A DNA stretch of 64,000 bases. It comes from an uncultured Verrucomicrobiae bacterium (GTDB taxonomy: Bacteria > Verrucomicrobiota > Verrucomicrobiia > Chthoniobacterales > JAFAMB01). The position numbers were made by a program, and so were the translations under genes. Of the stretch, positions 39,292 to 50,663 are shown piece by piece; the first letter of the stretch is position 1, and every line of letters starts with the position of its first letter. Below the pieces are notes generated by a model. It searched no databases and had not been told where the DNA came from. It saw only the letters and a list, made by a program, of their open reading frames with translations. The stretch lies in contig CAWIPH010000002.1 in NCBI GenBank assembly GCA_963837955.1, positions 3,008,001-3,072,000 of the forward strand, read 5' to 3'.

Positions 39292-40281
39292 TTACTCTGG
39301 GCGTTCGGAGAAATCCGAGCAGTCGCGTTTCAGCAACTCTGCCGCCGTAGGCTCATCCACGATCAACTCGGTCATCAGACCGCCGCGCAGAGCTGCGCGC
39401 AATCCGTCTACCTTGCCCAGACCCGAAACTACGCAAAGAGCGTGCTTGGCCTCTTGAAAGATTGTTAGATCCGGACCGCTGGCCCGATGGTTAATTGGGA
39501 TGTCGTGGAAGCTACCGTCCGCTCGAAAAAAAACTGTGGCGATATCACCGACCGCACCCGCCTTCTTCAGCTCACGAAAATCCCCCTTTTCCAAATAGCC
39601 GCCAACGTAAACATGGCTCGGGACACGCGCACCAAAAGCGCCGATGCTGTAAACCAGCAAGTCGGTGCGGGCGATCATTTTCAAGATCCGTTGAACTGAA
39701 CGTTCTCGGAGCATTGCGGTTTTCGTCTGGGGAAAATCAAAAAAAGTCGGAACAGGAAAGAGATGGGCCCGGGCCCCGTAATTCAAGGCAAAGCGGCTAT
39801 AAATTTCGCCAATATAGAAATTGTTAAATGCCAGAATATTGGCCGAACCGTTCAATTGCACTAGATCGACGTTTTTACATGGTTTTGGCAGCAACCGCCG
39901 GGAAATAGCATCCAGCGTCGTTCCCCAAGCGATTCCGACCGTCATCTCGGAGTGAATTAATCCATTGAGATGATTCGCCGCGAAGTTGCCTACACGTTCC
40001 AGCCACTCATCTTCGCGCGAGTTGGCTGGCACTGGAATAACCCTAACTTGTCCTACCTGGAACTGTCTTTGAATTGCTTGCTCTAGCTCTTGCGGGTGAG
40101 CTAGTGAATCCTGAATTCGAATCTCTACCAGGCCACTCGACCGGGCAAAGCTGAGCAGGCGCGACACCTTTGGACGAGAAAGCTTCAACTCGGCGGCGAT
40201 CGCTTCGGTTGTTAACCCCTGATAATAATAGAGTCGGGCGACCTGAACCGCCGAAGCCCTTTGTTGCTCGGATGGCGACAT
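39292..40281 (-). CDS. SorC/DeoR-family sugar-binding transcriptional regulator (likely glp repressor)
   Basis: VARLYYYQGLT..IA..LSRPKVSRLL, VGIAWGTTL, GAVGDI, LIVDEPTA; divergent from glpFKD. Confidence 0.9.
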   Translation of the reverse strand: MSPSEQQRASAVQVARLYYYQGLTTEAIAAELKLSRPKVSRLLSFARSSGLVEIRIQDSLAHPQELEQAIQRQFQVGQVRVIPVPANSREDEWLERVGNFAANHLNGLIHSEMTVGIAWGTTLDAISRRLLPKPCKNVDLVQLNGSANILAFNNFYIGEIYSRFALNYGARAHLFPVPTFFDFPQTKTAMLRERSVQRILKMIARTDLLVYSIGAFGARVPSHVYVGGYLEKGDFRELKKAGAVGDIATVFFRADGSFHDIPINHRASGPDLTIFQEAKHALCVVSGLGKVDGLRAALRGGLMTELIVDEPTAAELLKRDCSDFSERPE

Positions 40282-40329
40282 CGTGAAAGGCAGACCATAT
40301 ACTACAGAGATGCCTTCCGTCGAGGACAG

Positions 40330-40378
40330 TGAACAAAGGTTCAAACTCATTGACAAACTGTTCAGTGTGCGATAAACG
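40330..40378 (+). promoter_or_regulatory. glp operator(s) and sigma70 promoter
   Basis: Palindrome TGAAC-N4-GTTCA (40330-40343), a second similar site overlapping a perfect TTGACA (40350-40355), and TAAACG 17 bp downstream. Confidence 0.6.
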
Positions 40379-40625
40379 GACACAATCAGAGCCACCTCCC
40401 CCAGCCTGGTGTGGTCTAGCCGCCTGTTTGCGGTCGACCTTACCGTTCGGTGTACGGCTGGGTTGGTCCAGCTCGCTTAAACCCCACCCAAAAACAAAAA
40501 ACCTGAAGCTTGATTGACCCGCTAATGGGGTCACTCGGGCGATTTGGATTTTTTCAGGTTGTTGGCTCGGCTGCCCACAATCTGACCTGTCCAATTAAAC
40601 ACCCCCCAAGACATCTATTCAAATT

Positions 40626-41375
40626 ATGGACATATTCCTTCCAGAACTGATCGGCACCATGCTGCTGATTATCTTCGGCGACGGAGTCGTTGCAAACGTC
40701 GTATTAAGTAAGACGAAAGGACAAAACTCCGGCTGGATTGTTATCGCGACCGGATGGGCGATGGCCGTCGTAGTCGGCGTTTATGCCGTTGCAGGATACA
40801 CCGGTGCGCACATTAACCCGGCTGTGACTATCGGCCTCCTCTCGATCGGAAAATTGACCGTCGACAAGGCGATCCTCTACATCCTTGGTCAGTTTACCGG
40901 TGCATTCATCGGCGGCGTCATCGTCTGGTTGGCGTATCACGAGCATTTTGCTGCGACCGAGGACAAAGGGCTAAAATTAGCCGTTTTCTGCACCGGCCCG
41001 GCGCTTCGTACGCCCGGTTGGAACCTTGTAACCGAAATAATTGGTACGTTCGCCCTGGTGTTTGGGGTGCTTTCAATGCTCTCCACTCGCAACCTGGTGG
41101 AGAAGACCGGTTTGGCTCCGGCTTTAGCTCCTTTTATCGTCGGACTTCTGGTCTGGGGCATCGGCCTTTCGCTCGGTGGTCCGACTGGGTATGCCATTAA
41201 CCCGGCGCGTGATCTTGGCCCGCGTATCGCTCATGCTGTACTGCCGATACCGGGGAAAGGTAGCTCCGATTGGGGTTATTCGTGGATCCCCGTCGTCGGT
41301 CCAATCATCGGTGGCATCCTGGGAGCTCTTATCTATACCTGGACTCTCGGCTCATTTCCCACTCCCACTACTTAA
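40626..41375 (+). CDS. glpF: Glycerol uptake facilitator (MIP family)
   Basis: GAHINPAVT and GYAINPARDLGPR NPA motifs. Confidence 0.95.
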   Translation: MDIFLPELIGTMLLIIFGDGVVANVVLSKTKGQNSGWIVIATGWAMAVVVGVYAVAGYTGAHINPAVTIGLLSIGKLTVDKAILYILGQFTGAFIGGVIVWLAYHEHFAATEDKGLKLAVFCTGPALRTPGWNLVTEIIGTFALVFGVLSMLSTRNLVEKTGLAPALAPFIVGLLVWGIGLSLGGPTGYAINPARDLGPRIAHAVLPIPGKGSSDWGYSWIPVVGPIIGGILGALIYTWTLGSFPTPTT

Positions 41376-41403
41376 ACCACAAAATTAGAACAGTCTCGAT
41401 AAT

Positions 41404-42888
41404 ATGAAGTATATACTTGCTCTTGATCAGGGCACCACTAGTTCACGCGCACTCGTCGTTGATCATGACGGGAAAGTCGTGGCGGTCGCACAAAAAGAAT
41501 TCACCCAAATCTTCCCGCAACCCGGTTGGGTTGAGCATGATCCAAAGGAGATCTGGGCAAGCCAGATTGGTGTAGCCTCCGAGGCTCTAAGTCGCGCTGG
41601 CGCCTCAGCCAAAGATGTCGCGGCGATCGGTATCACCAATCAACGCGAAACAACCATTGTTTGGGATCGCAAAACCGGTGAACCGATTCATAACGCTATC
41701 GTTTGGCAGGATCGTCGCACCGCGCCTTTCTGCGACAAGCTGCGCGCGGCTGGGCATGCAAAATTAATTCAGGAGAAGTCGGGACTGGTAATCGACGCCT
41801 ACTTCTCTGGAACAAAAGTGAACTGGCTGCTCGACAATGTTCCCGGAGCTCGCGAAAAAGCGAATCGCGGCGAGCTGGCGTTTGGAACCGTCGACTCCTG
41901 GTTGATCTGGAAACTCACGGATGGAGCTGTTCATGTCACGGACGAGAGCAACGCTTCCCGTACTCTCTTCCTCAATCTGAATACCAAGCAGTGGGACGAT
42001 GAGTTATTGGGCATTTTGAACGTTCCACGATCCGTTTTGCCGGAAGTGCGTAGTTCGAGCGAGGTCTACGGAAAAGCCAAAGGTACGCTGGAGGGGATCC
42101 CGATCGCGGGTATCGCTGGTGACCAGCAGTCCGCTCTGTTCGGGCAAGCCTGCCTGAAACCGGGTATGGCCAAGAACACCTATGGAACCGGCAGCTTCAT
42201 GCTGATTAATACCGGCACTAAACCCGTACCCTCCAAGAACAATATGTTAACCACCATTGCGTGGCGAATCGGTAAAGAGAAAACCGAATACGCACTGGAA
42301 GGTAGCGTCTTCATCACGGGTGCGGTCGTGCAATGGTTACGCGATGGGCTCAAGATCATCCGTACGTCAGCCGAAGTGGAAGAGTTGGCCGGATCAGTTC
42401 CCGATAACGGCGGCGTCTACTTGGTTCCGGCGTTTGTTGGATTGGGAGCTCCGCATTGGGATGCGTACGCACGAGGCACAATCGTTGGTTTGACCCGTGG
42501 TTCGACCGCGGCTCACATTGCACGTGCTGCCTTGGAGGGTATAGCCTACCAGGTGGCCGATGTTCTGTTTGCCATGGAAGCGGACTCGGGGGTAAAGCTC
42601 GCGGAACTCCGCGTCGATGGTGGCGCTGCCGGCAATAACCTCCTAATGCAATTCCAGGCAGATATTCTAGGAATTCCGGTTGTGCGCACCGCCAACCCCG
42701 AGGCGACCGCGTTCGGCTCTGTGTATCTCGCCGGATTGGCCGTAGGCTTCTATAAATCGACCGACGATATTGTTGCCCAATGGGCATCAGATCGCACGTT
42801 CCAGCCCAAGATGTCAGCGGATCAGCGACAGAAATTGCAAGCCGAATGGAAGAAGGCTCTAGGGCGCGCCAAGGGCTGGCTCAGTTAG
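41404..42888 (+). CDS. glpK: Glycerol kinase
   Basis: [45 protein letters not shown]. Confidence 0.97.
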   Translation: MKYILALDQGTTSSRALVVDHDGKVVAVAQKEFTQIFPQPGWVEHDPKEIWASQIGVASEALSRAGASAKDVAAIGITNQRETTIVWDRKTGEPIHNAIVWQDRRTAPFCDKLRAAGHAKLIQEKSGLVIDAYFSGTKVNWLLDNVPGAREKANRGELAFGTVDSWLIWKLTDGAVHVTDESNASRTLFLNLNTKQWDDELLGILNVPRSVLPEVRSSSEVYGKAKGTLEGIPIAGIAGDQQSALFGQACLKPGMAKNTYGTGSFMLINTGTKPVPSKNNMLTTIAWRIGKEKTEYALEGSVFITGAVVQWLRDGLKIIRTSAEVEELAGSVPDNGGVYLVPAFVGLGAPHWDAYARGTIVGLTRGSTAAHIARAALEGIAYQVADVLFAMEADSGVKLAELRVDGGAAGNNLLMQFQADILGIPVVRTANPEATAFGSVYLAGLAVGFYKSTDDIVAQWASDRTFQPKMSADQRQKLQAEWKKALGRAKGWLS

Positions 42889-42892
42889 ATTC

Positions 42893-44461
42893 GTGAACAG
42901 GGAGGTCGCTATACAGGCAATCTCGGACCGCTCCCAGGTCTGGGATTGCCTCGTAATCGGGGGCGGTGCCACAGGGCTGGGCACTGCTCTCGAAGCTGCG
43001 TCGCGTGGTTATCAGGTCTTATTGGTCGAGAGACACGATTTCGCCAAAGGCACGTCTAGTCGATCGACCAAACTCGTTCACGGAGGCGTTCGCTACCTCG
43101 AACAGGGGAACATCGGACTCGTGCGCGGAGCGTTGCATGAACGCGGCCTACTAATGCAGAACGCAGCCCATCTCGCTCATCCACTCCAGTTCATTATCCC
43201 AGCCTACCGATATTGGGAGCTGCCGTTCTATGGCGTCGGGCTAAAAGTTTATGACGCGCTTGCTGGCGCTCTTTCGCTGGGAAAATCGCGCGTCCTCAGC
43301 AGAAAAAAAGTTGTCTCCCAGTTGCCAAACGTCGAAGGAGCCGGACTGAAAGGCGGGATATCTTATTTCGATGGTCAGTTCGACGATTCTCGATTAGCAA
43401 TTTCCCTTCTCCGCACCATCCAGGATCAAGGTGGGTTTGTAGCAAATTACACCGAGGCGGTATCGCTGACCAAGGAGAGCGGCAAAATTTGTGGGGCGGT
43501 GATCCGCGACACCGAAACAGGCCAAGAGCACTCCGTTCGAGCGAAAGTGATCATCAATGCGACGGGGATTTTTTCTGATGCTATTCGAGATTTGGATGAC
43601 CCGCAAGCGGTCGACATCATTGCAGTCGCACAAGGCTCCCACCTCGTTCTTCCGGAGAAATTTCTTAAGAGTAAGTCGGCCTTAATGGTACCCAAGACCT
43701 CAGATGGTCGCGTTCTCTTCGCGATTCCATGGCACGACCGACTCGTCGTCGGAACGACCGATTTCGGCGTGCCAAAGCCGGAGGAAGAGCCATGGATCCA
43801 ACCGCATGAAGTCGACTTCATCCTTTCCGAAGCTGCTAAGTACCTGGCCGAAGATCCGACTGAAAGCGACGTACTAGCATGCTACACCGGGCTTCGTCCA
43901 TTGGTGAAGCACGCTGGCAGTAAGAGTACGGCCGCGCTATCTCGCGATCACACTGTACTTGTCTCTGAGTCCGGTCTGGTGACGATTACTGGTGGTAAAT
44001 GGACTACCTATCGTCACATGGGTGAGGATTGTTTGAACCACGCCGAAGAAGTTGCAGGTTTCGAACACAGACCATCCAAGACCGCCGATCTGCGTCTCCA
44101 CGGCAACTCGGCTGCTTCTGAGATCTTCGCTGCACCGGAGCATCTTGCCGTGTACGGAACGGATCGCAAAAGTATCGAGCAGATGGCCAAGGCAGACGCG
44201 AAAGAGGGCGACAGGCTACACAGTCGTTTGCCCTATTTAGTCGCCGAGGCAAACTGGGCGATCGACCACGAAATGGCTCGAACGATTGAAGACGTACTGT
44301 CGCGCCGGACTCGAGCGCTTCTGCTCGATTCTAAGGCTGCCGTGGAGGCGGCGCCTCGGGTGGCTCGGCTCTTGGCGGAAAAATTGGTACGCGATGCCGC
44401 TTGGGAAGCCAAACAAGTTCAAGAATTTTCCGAGCTAGCAAAGCACTATTCACTCAACTGA
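42893..44461 (+). CDS. glpD: FAD-dependent glycerol-3-phosphate dehydrogenase
   Basis: IGGGATG, GTSSRSTKLVHGGVRYL, GLRPL, GGKWTTYR, DVLSRRTR. Confidence 0.95.
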   Translation: MNREVAIQAISDRSQVWDCLVIGGGATGLGTALEAASRGYQVLLVERHDFAKGTSSRSTKLVHGGVRYLEQGNIGLVRGALHERGLLMQNAAHLAHPLQFIIPAYRYWELPFYGVGLKVYDALAGALSLGKSRVLSRKKVVSQLPNVEGAGLKGGISYFDGQFDDSRLAISLLRTIQDQGGFVANYTEAVSLTKESGKICGAVIRDTETGQEHSVRAKVIINATGIFSDAIRDLDDPQAVDIIAVAQGSHLVLPEKFLKSKSALMVPKTSDGRVLFAIPWHDRLVVGTTDFGVPKPEEEPWIQPHEVDFILSEAAKYLAEDPTESDVLACYTGLRPLVKHAGSKSTAALSRDHTVLVSESGLVTITGGKWTTYRHMGEDCLNHAEEVAGFEHRPSKTADLRLHGNSAASEIFAAPEHLAVYGTDRKSIEQMAKADAKEGDRLHSRLPYLVAEANWAIDHEMARTIEDVLSRRTRALLLDSKAAVEAAPRVARLLAEKLVRDAAWEAKQVQEFSELAKHYSLN

Positions 44462-44792
44462 GGCTAGTCGCAACGAGCCTCTTCCATACTCGGCTCTTCG
44501 GCCAAATCTTAATCCGCCTGATGCGCACTGGGCAGATCATAAACGCCGGCGCTGAATCTGGAAATTCATTCGAACGGTTCGGCAGCCAACGGCTACGAAG
44601 TGACGTCTCCGTCACCTCATAACGGAACCCGCTGGCATCGAGAATTTCGCCTTAGCGCGATCGGCGAACCAATCGGTATTTCCGTTTTAGCTGTTGCTTC
44701 AGCCGGGACAAAGGAAGCTCCCACGCATTTTGCGAACTGTCTCATGAGCCTCAGTCATGATTTGGTCGTTCGTCCCCGCGAAAGTCTTCCAA

Positions 44793-46070
44793 TCATTCGC
44801 GAACCTGGTCCGGCCGACGTTCTTTCCCATATTGAATAACAATCGTGGGCTGCACGGTCTCGTCATCATCGAAAAGCTTTTCACCTTTCTCTTCTGCCAC
44901 GCGGCTAACAGTCTTAACGCTCTGGAGAGTTTTTGAACCGGGGACCGCCGGCACATCCTCGCGATAGTAGTCAAACCAGGGAAGGCCACGGTCATTATAC
45001 TCCTTAGCCGAAATCGGCTTATACGGCGGCTTCGTGCCAGTGATCCGGCTCCACACTTGGGAATTGCAGAGGTGAACAAAACAGCGAGACGTGGTTTCCA
45101 GGTCCCAATCGGTTAGTGGCCGCAGATCCTTATAAACTTCGTGCTGCATCCTTCCCCCGGCACCAAGTCCCATCTCTGGTGCCGCACAAGCGGGCGTGGG
45201 AACGATCGCGCGGGAACACCTGGTTATAATTCTCTCGTGAGGAATGATACTCGGCAAAAGCTGCAGGAGTGATTTAGGAAATCTCGGTTCGATTGTTTGC
45301 CGGAAATAAACCGATGCTTTCAAAGGAAAGGCTTGGAGTTGCAGCCCGCCATGCGGCTCTTCTCCGGTGATTTGCTCCTCCGCAGTATAGCCTTCCCCTA
45401 GAGGCATGGCCACGAACTGGCGGATGAAGCCTTTTTCAACACAGTAACCATCAAGCCACGGCTGATCGGGGATAACTACATAATCCTGGGGATCTTGACT
45501 CAACCATGGGCGCCAAACCTTTCCCGAGACAGCGTTGATCTTGCCCGTACCCACCTTGAGTGCAACCGGAAAGCGGCTATGGAAATTGAGCCATAGCGCC
45601 TCGGATTGATAGATCGGCATCATCACGCCACCGTGCCTCGACCAGTTCGCAGGGATCCGCTGAGCGTAATCGGCAACATGCTGCAGCGGGAAGCTGCCCA
45701 AACCTGGTGGAAGTGGATAGGTTTTCCCATCATCCGGAATGCGAAGCGTGCGCAGGAAGGAAATCGTCGCGCCTACCGTTGATTCTCCATCCCAATCAAC
45801 CGGCAGAAAAGGAGAGATCGCGCTAGCGATCGCCTTCCAGATGGCTTCAGGAGGGAGAGCCAGAACCCCTTCGATGGTCGACTGTCTCTCGAATGCGTTC
45901 ATATCGCGATACCCGAAATCCTCGGCAAACAAGCGAGTGACTGCTGCGCGTCGATCCTCTGCAATAATCCGACGAAAAACCTCCGTATGTTTTGTCTGGA
46001 CGAGTCGATCAAGTTCCCCAGCGTTGGCTTGAAAACTGAAATGAAGTTCGTTGTTCGTGAGAGTGACCAT
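44793..46070 (-). CDS. Conserved hypothetical protein (RTLRIPDD..LPPGLG family)
   Basis: Long ORF with conserved-looking blocks FLRTLRIPDD, QSEALW, QPWLDG, QFVAMPLG, MGLGAGG, GLPWFDYY. Confidence 0.75.
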   Translation of the reverse strand: MVTLTNNELHFSFQANAGELDRLVQTKHTEVFRRIIAEDRRAAVTRLFAEDFGYRDMNAFERQSTIEGVLALPPEAIWKAIASAISPFLPVDWDGESTVGATISFLRTLRIPDDGKTYPLPPGLGSFPLQHVADYAQRIPANWSRHGGVMMPIYQSEALWLNFHSRFPVALKVGTGKINAVSGKVWRPWLSQDPQDYVVIPDQPWLDGYCVEKGFIRQFVAMPLGEGYTAEEQITGEEPHGGLQLQAFPLKASVYFRQTIEPRFPKSLLQLLPSIIPHERIITRCSRAIVPTPACAAPEMGLGAGGRMQHEVYKDLRPLTDWDLETTSRCFVHLCNSQVWSRITGTKPPYKPISAKEYNDRGLPWFDYYREDVPAVPGSKTLQSVKTVSRVAEEKGEKLFDDDETVQPTIVIQYGKERRPDQVRE

Positions 46071-46336
46071 AATAGTTCCTTACCGAATACTCCTGAGTTG
46101 TGACGCAAATTGTCCTCTATGTTGCGTTCTCTTCCTCTGGGCCAGTCTTCGGCGTTGGTAACAACAAACACAGAGCCCTGATCAGCTGCTGAATAACTCC
46201 TAAGTTTATAGCCACTCCTAACCTCTAGCGGCGCGCTTTGTGAAACCTGGTAATCAGGCAGGTTGTGAGCACCGTTAGTAAAACTCGGTCAAAGCCTGTA
46301 GGACCTCGCGAGGAGATAAACAGATCGGTAAACTCG

Positions 46337-47920
46337 TTATTCTACTCCGGGCGCATGCAGCCTCGCTTCGGCATGATCGAGGTCGCTCTGAATGCGGCGT
46401 AAAACTTCGTCATTGATCACATATTCATCGCGCAATTGAATAATGGTCCGGCGTTCTACATCGAGCGCGTCTTGCTGCAAGCGTTGGTAGGAGGGCGCGA
46501 TCAATCCATCAGAGCCGTCTCCGCCAGTACTCGCGTATACTTCTAACTGCCGAATGCGGTCATCGTATTCAGCGCGGAGGCGCTCCACGATGTCCGGCGG
46601 GAACTGGCTATCGACTTCCGCAAGGTAAGCCAGCGCTGCTTCATTCGCTTTCAGCCGCGCCGTCCTTTCTTCCACCTTTGCGAGCCCATCATCTACCACT
46701 CCAAGGCGGCGGATCACCGCGGGCAAACTCAGACCTTGGAGCACGAGCGTCGCGAGAATCACGCAAAAGGTGATGAACAAAATGTAGTCGCGTCCAGGGA
46801 ACGGGCTGCCGTCCGAAAGCGTCAGCGGTATCGCGAGCGCAGCTGCGAGCGACACAACACCGCGCATCCCTGTCCAGGCAACAATCGCCAGGTTCTGCCA
46901 CGCCGGATATGGATCTCTTTTGCACAAAGAAATGCTTATCAGACGCAACACGTTGGTTGATGCAAAGACCCAAGCGATGCGCACGACGATGGTGGTGCAG
47001 CTTATCAGCGCGCCGTGCCAAAAAAGCTGTCTTAGAGAGCGGCCGGAGAACGAATGAAGAAGGCGCGGCAGTTGCAGACCGATCAGGACAAAGACCAGAC
47101 CATTCAACAGGAATACCATCATCTCCCAAAACACGTATAAGTTGAGCCGCGTTCGGTAGGTGAGGATCTGCGGCGTACGCCAGCCGAGAAACAGCCCGGA
47201 CGCGACCACTGCCAGTACGCCGGAGACATGCAAACGCTCGGCCGGAATGTAAGCGGCAAACGGCGTGAGGAGCGAAATTGTGATTTGAACGGGCGGATCG
47301 TCGAGACGGCGCTGAAGTTGGGAAGCGAGCCAACCGACAGCCAGCCCAATTCCCGTGCCGCCAAGGGCAGCTAAAACAAAGCGGAGGCTTGCTTCAGAGA
47401 GTGAGAACGTTCCGCTCATCATCGCCGCAATTGCGAAGCGGTAGGCGACGAGCGCCGTCGCGTCGTTGACGAGACTCTCGCCCTCTAAAATGGTAACGAT
47501 TCTTCGTGGTATGCGCAGACGTTTCGCGATCGCGGTCGCTGCAACCGCATCCGTAGGCGAAATAATTGCGCCGAGAATAAATGCATTCGCCCAGGGCAAA
47601 CCAGTCAACGCGTGCGCGACAACGGCCACGAACGCGGTTGTTAACAAGACAAGCCCTATCGCGAGCAACAAGATGGGGCTCAGGTTCGTGCGAAAATCTC
47701 GCCAAGAAGTAAAGAGCGCCGCCGGATAGAGCAACGGGGGCAACAAAAACAAAAACACCATGTCCGGCTCTAGCCTTACCCCTGGCAAGCCAGGAACAAA
47801 CCCAAGAGCTAGTCCGCCGATCACCAGCAACACCGGGTAAGGCAACGCCACTTTTTTGGCGAAGATTGGCAGCGCCGCAACGACAATCAGAAGCGTGCAG
47901 ATAATCTCAGCTTGGTTCAT
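46337..47920 (-). CDS. Na+/H+ antiporter, CPA1 family
   Basis: LPPLLY, SPTDAVA, LEGESLVNDA, WTGMRGVVSLAAAL, LVLQGLSL. Confidence 0.93.
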   Translation of the reverse strand: MNQAEIICTLLIVVAALPIFAKKVALPYPVLLVIGGLALGFVPGLPGVRLEPDMVFLFLLPPLLYPAALFTSWRDFRTNLSPILLLAIGLVLLTTAFVAVVAHALTGLPWANAFILGAIISPTDAVAATAIAKRLRIPRRIVTILEGESLVNDATALVAYRFAIAAMMSGTFSLSEASLRFVLAALGGTGIGLAVGWLASQLQRRLDDPPVQITISLLTPFAAYIPAERLHVSGVLAVVASGLFLGWRTPQILTYRTRLNLYVFWEMMVFLLNGLVFVLIGLQLPRLLHSFSGRSLRQLFWHGALISCTTIVVRIAWVFASTNVLRLISISLCKRDPYPAWQNLAIVAWTGMRGVVSLAAALAIPLTLSDGSPFPGRDYILFITFCVILATLVLQGLSLPAVIRRLGVVDDGLAKVEERTARLKANEAALAYLAEVDSQFPPDIVERLRAEYDDRIRQLEVYASTGGDGSDGLIAPSYQRLQQDALDVERRTIIQLRDEYVINDEVLRRIQSDLDHAEARLHAPGVE

Positions 47921-48399
47921 AAGCCTTTTACGCAATGGCGCGGGCTGACGCCAACCCAATTCACTTCGCTCCCGTTGTCACTTCCACTTTTACGACGTCT
48001 GGTATCCTAAGACTATGGGTAAAGAACTAATTCAACCCACTGCCGTCGCGCTTCAATTTGAATGGCGTCATTCATTGGAAGCCTATTCACCGGGCATTGG
48101 CCTACACGCCAAAAATGGCGGACAGCCGTCATGAAACACATAAAGCCACTTTCGGTCTGCTGGCTAATCGCTGAAAGGCTTGCGAGAAACGCAAATCCCC
48201 CAAAGAGAAATGGAGGCAGGATCCTGGTAATTATGCCGGCACTCATATTAACCATTCTTACTTTAACGTTCGCTCTGTGACAGAAAAGCGTACTCAGCTC
48301 CCGCCGGACGATCAGCATAGATCAAGGACTTTTGTAGATATCTTGTCACAAGCTCTCGTCATCGATTAAGACTAAGAACAACAATTCACTGGTTATCAT

Positions 48400-48879
48400 A
48401 TGATGCTTGCCGATATGGCTTCACCTTTTTACGTCACGTCACCATTGCTCTTCGCTTGGTCGGCAGCCAGCTTTTGCGTTATCGTTCTGATCGAAAGCGT
48501 CCTTCTACGCTTGTTTCGCTGGGGAAAAATCGTCCCTGTCCTACTAACCGGCTTCTTCATTAACCTGGTCACCTCACTCATAGGAACCGGATTCATCGTC
48601 GTATTCCCAGATTTGGCGAAACGGCTTCCCTTTGCAGTTTGGTTTGCTGCAGCTTTCATCCTTACTGTGGCCATAGAGGGAGTTCTTCTGAAAGCAGCTA
48701 AGCGTTCCACTGGATTTGGTCGCGCCATGCTTCTGTCTGGAGTCATCAATCTGGCCTCCTATTTCTTTCTTTGGTCAATGATGATGACATTCCTCAATCC
48801 ACCAACGGAGATTGAATATCGATTTAATCACCCGCGGTTTTCTACCCCAAGCCCAGGTGTGTCTCCTGCTCGCCAATGA
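48400..48879 (+). CDS. Hypothetical membrane protein (4 TM)
   Basis: Repeated IE..L / NL.S pattern with hydrophobic helices; coupled to the next gene (ATGA). Confidence 0.65.
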   Translation: MMLADMASPFYVTSPLLFAWSAASFCVIVLIESVLLRLFRWGKIVPVLLTGFFINLVTSLIGTGFIVVFPDLAKRLPFAVWFAAAFILTVAIEGVLLKAAKRSTGFGRAMLLSGVINLASYFFLWSMMMTFLNPPTEIEYRFNHPRFSTPSPGVSPARQ

Positions 48880-49940
48880 ATAATTTTGGTTTTTCGGCCT
48901 CACTCCGGCTTCCCTTAGTTCTAGGACTCGCCCACGGCGTTGCCGACGGTTCGGCTGGACTATTGCTTGGCCATCTGCCCGCTGCTTGTCCGGGGCTGCA
49001 GGTAGCTTTACTCATCTTCATTTATAACGCGCTCGCTTTCGGCGCTCAGCCGCTGGTTGGTTGGTTTGCCGACAAATTGGATCGCTGTCGGGCAACCGCT
49101 ATAGCCGGCCTCTGCTTACTCGCCTTGTCCCTGCTGCCAATGCCAATCGGGGGTTTTGCGTTGCCCGTTCTTTTGGCCGGAATCGGTTCAGCTGCTTTCC
49201 ACGTTGGTGCTGGCGCTCTCACTTTAAGGTCATGCGGCGGCCGCTCGGATGGAGCTGGCCTATTCGCAGCACCCGGGGTTGTTGGTCTGGCCATCGGAGG
49301 CGCACTGGCCGTAAGCAACTGGTATCCCTATTTCCTATTTCAGATCGGACTAATCGTTGTTCTTTTCGTGATCGCGCTTTGGCCCAATCAAACCCAAGTT
49401 CCGCTCAAGCTCACCAGGCAACAGCAGCCGATATTTGAATCGCATGACTGGATCATGATTGGTCTATTGACTGCGGTATCGCTTCGATCACTGATCTGGA
49501 GCACGCTCCAGTTAGCGTCCGGCGGCCATATTGGCGCATTAGTAGCGCTGGGAGTCGCCGCCGGAATTGGCAAAATTATCGGGGGCTTTCTAGCTGAGCG
49601 AGTCGGCTACCGCCGATGGACGTTTCTTGCGCTGGCTATCGCCGCGCCTCTCCTCGCCTTCGGTGGGAAACGGCTCGGGTATTTGTTACCCGGGGTTGCT
49701 TTGCTGCAATCTACGATTCCATGTTCCATCGCGGCGATGGCCCGCTTACTTCCGACTCGCCCAGCGACCGCAACCGGCCTTGTACTTGGGCTGGCAGTAG
49801 CCCTGGGAGGTTTGCCGGCAATGTTCGCGATCCCGGTTCCGGTGCTTACTCCAATCTTAGCTTTGGTCATCATCCTCGCAGCAGCCGCCGGATTCTGGTA
49901 CACGATCAGTCCACGCTCGATCTCATCGGTCGGCGCGTAA
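48876..49940 (+). CDS. MFS-like membrane transporter
   Basis: About 11-12 TM; HGVAD, QPLVGWFADK, FHVGAG, GGFLAERVG. Confidence 0.75.
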   Translation: MNNFGFSASLRLPLVLGLAHGVADGSAGLLLGHLPAACPGLQVALLIFIYNALAFGAQPLVGWFADKLDRCRATAIAGLCLLALSLLPMPIGGFALPVLLAGIGSAAFHVGAGALTLRSCGGRSDGAGLFAAPGVVGLAIGGALAVSNWYPYFLFQIGLIVVLFVIALWPNQTQVPLKLTRQQQPIFESHDWIMIGLLTAVSLRSLIWSTLQLASGGHIGALVALGVAAGIGKIIGGFLAERVGYRRWTFLALAIAAPLLAFGGKRLGYLLPGVALLQSTIPCSIAAMARLLPTRPATATGLVLGLAVALGGLPAMFAIPVPVLTPILALVIILAAAAGFWYTISPRSISSVGA

Positions 49941-50417
49941 GCGCGAGCTAGTTAAACACGACTCGCCCAATTGAGGCTTTTCCCAGCGCGGGTCTTCAAT
50001 AGTGCGACTCGTTGGTCGCCCAAGTCCTAACGCTAGCCCCATGCGAACCGGCGAGGTCCAATCAGTGCTCGCACCCCGGATCGGGAATCTATCGGACCGG
50101 TTAGACAGCTAACGGCCATTACTGTGAAGATCCCTTCTAACGCGTCAATTCTTCCGTCACATCAGTAGGGCTGTTCCTCAAGAGCTAACAGATGAAAAAT
50201 GACATTCGCAGACTGCTGTATACGACTATTTGGATTGGGATATTGATAGTCGTCTTCTTATGCCTAGGTCTCTCCAACCGGGCAACGGGTACGTTTATCG
50301 GCCTGCTCATCGGCCTCCCTCTCGCGGCCTTCGTCCTGTTCCTCAAAAGCATTCTGAAACGATGAATGTGGCAAGTGCTTTGTCACATGCGTTGCCCTGT
50401 TTCTTAAGAGTTGAAGT

Positions 50418-50663
50418 ATGAATAACGAAACAGAAAGAACGGCAGACGAACATGTTTTCAAGTTGCAGAAAAAGGCTAACCGCGAGGTCGCCAGAAAGAA
50501 TATGGTGTTCGGGGCAATCTGGTGCATCGGTGGGACTCTGGTCACAGCCTTAACGTATCAGGCAGCTTCCGGAGGCGGGCACTACATCATTGCTGGGGGA
50601 GCGATTATATTCGGCGGATTCCAGTTTCTGCGAGGATTAGTCCAATTGGCAGGGAACCTCTAA
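50418..50663 (+). CDS. Small membrane protein
   Basis: GAIWCIGGTLVT and YIIAGGAIIFGGFQF, two TM segments. Confidence 0.65.
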   Translation: MNNETERTADEHVFKLQKKANREVARKNMVFGAIWCIGGTLVTALTYQAASGGGHYIIAGGAIIFGGFQFLRGLVQLAGNL

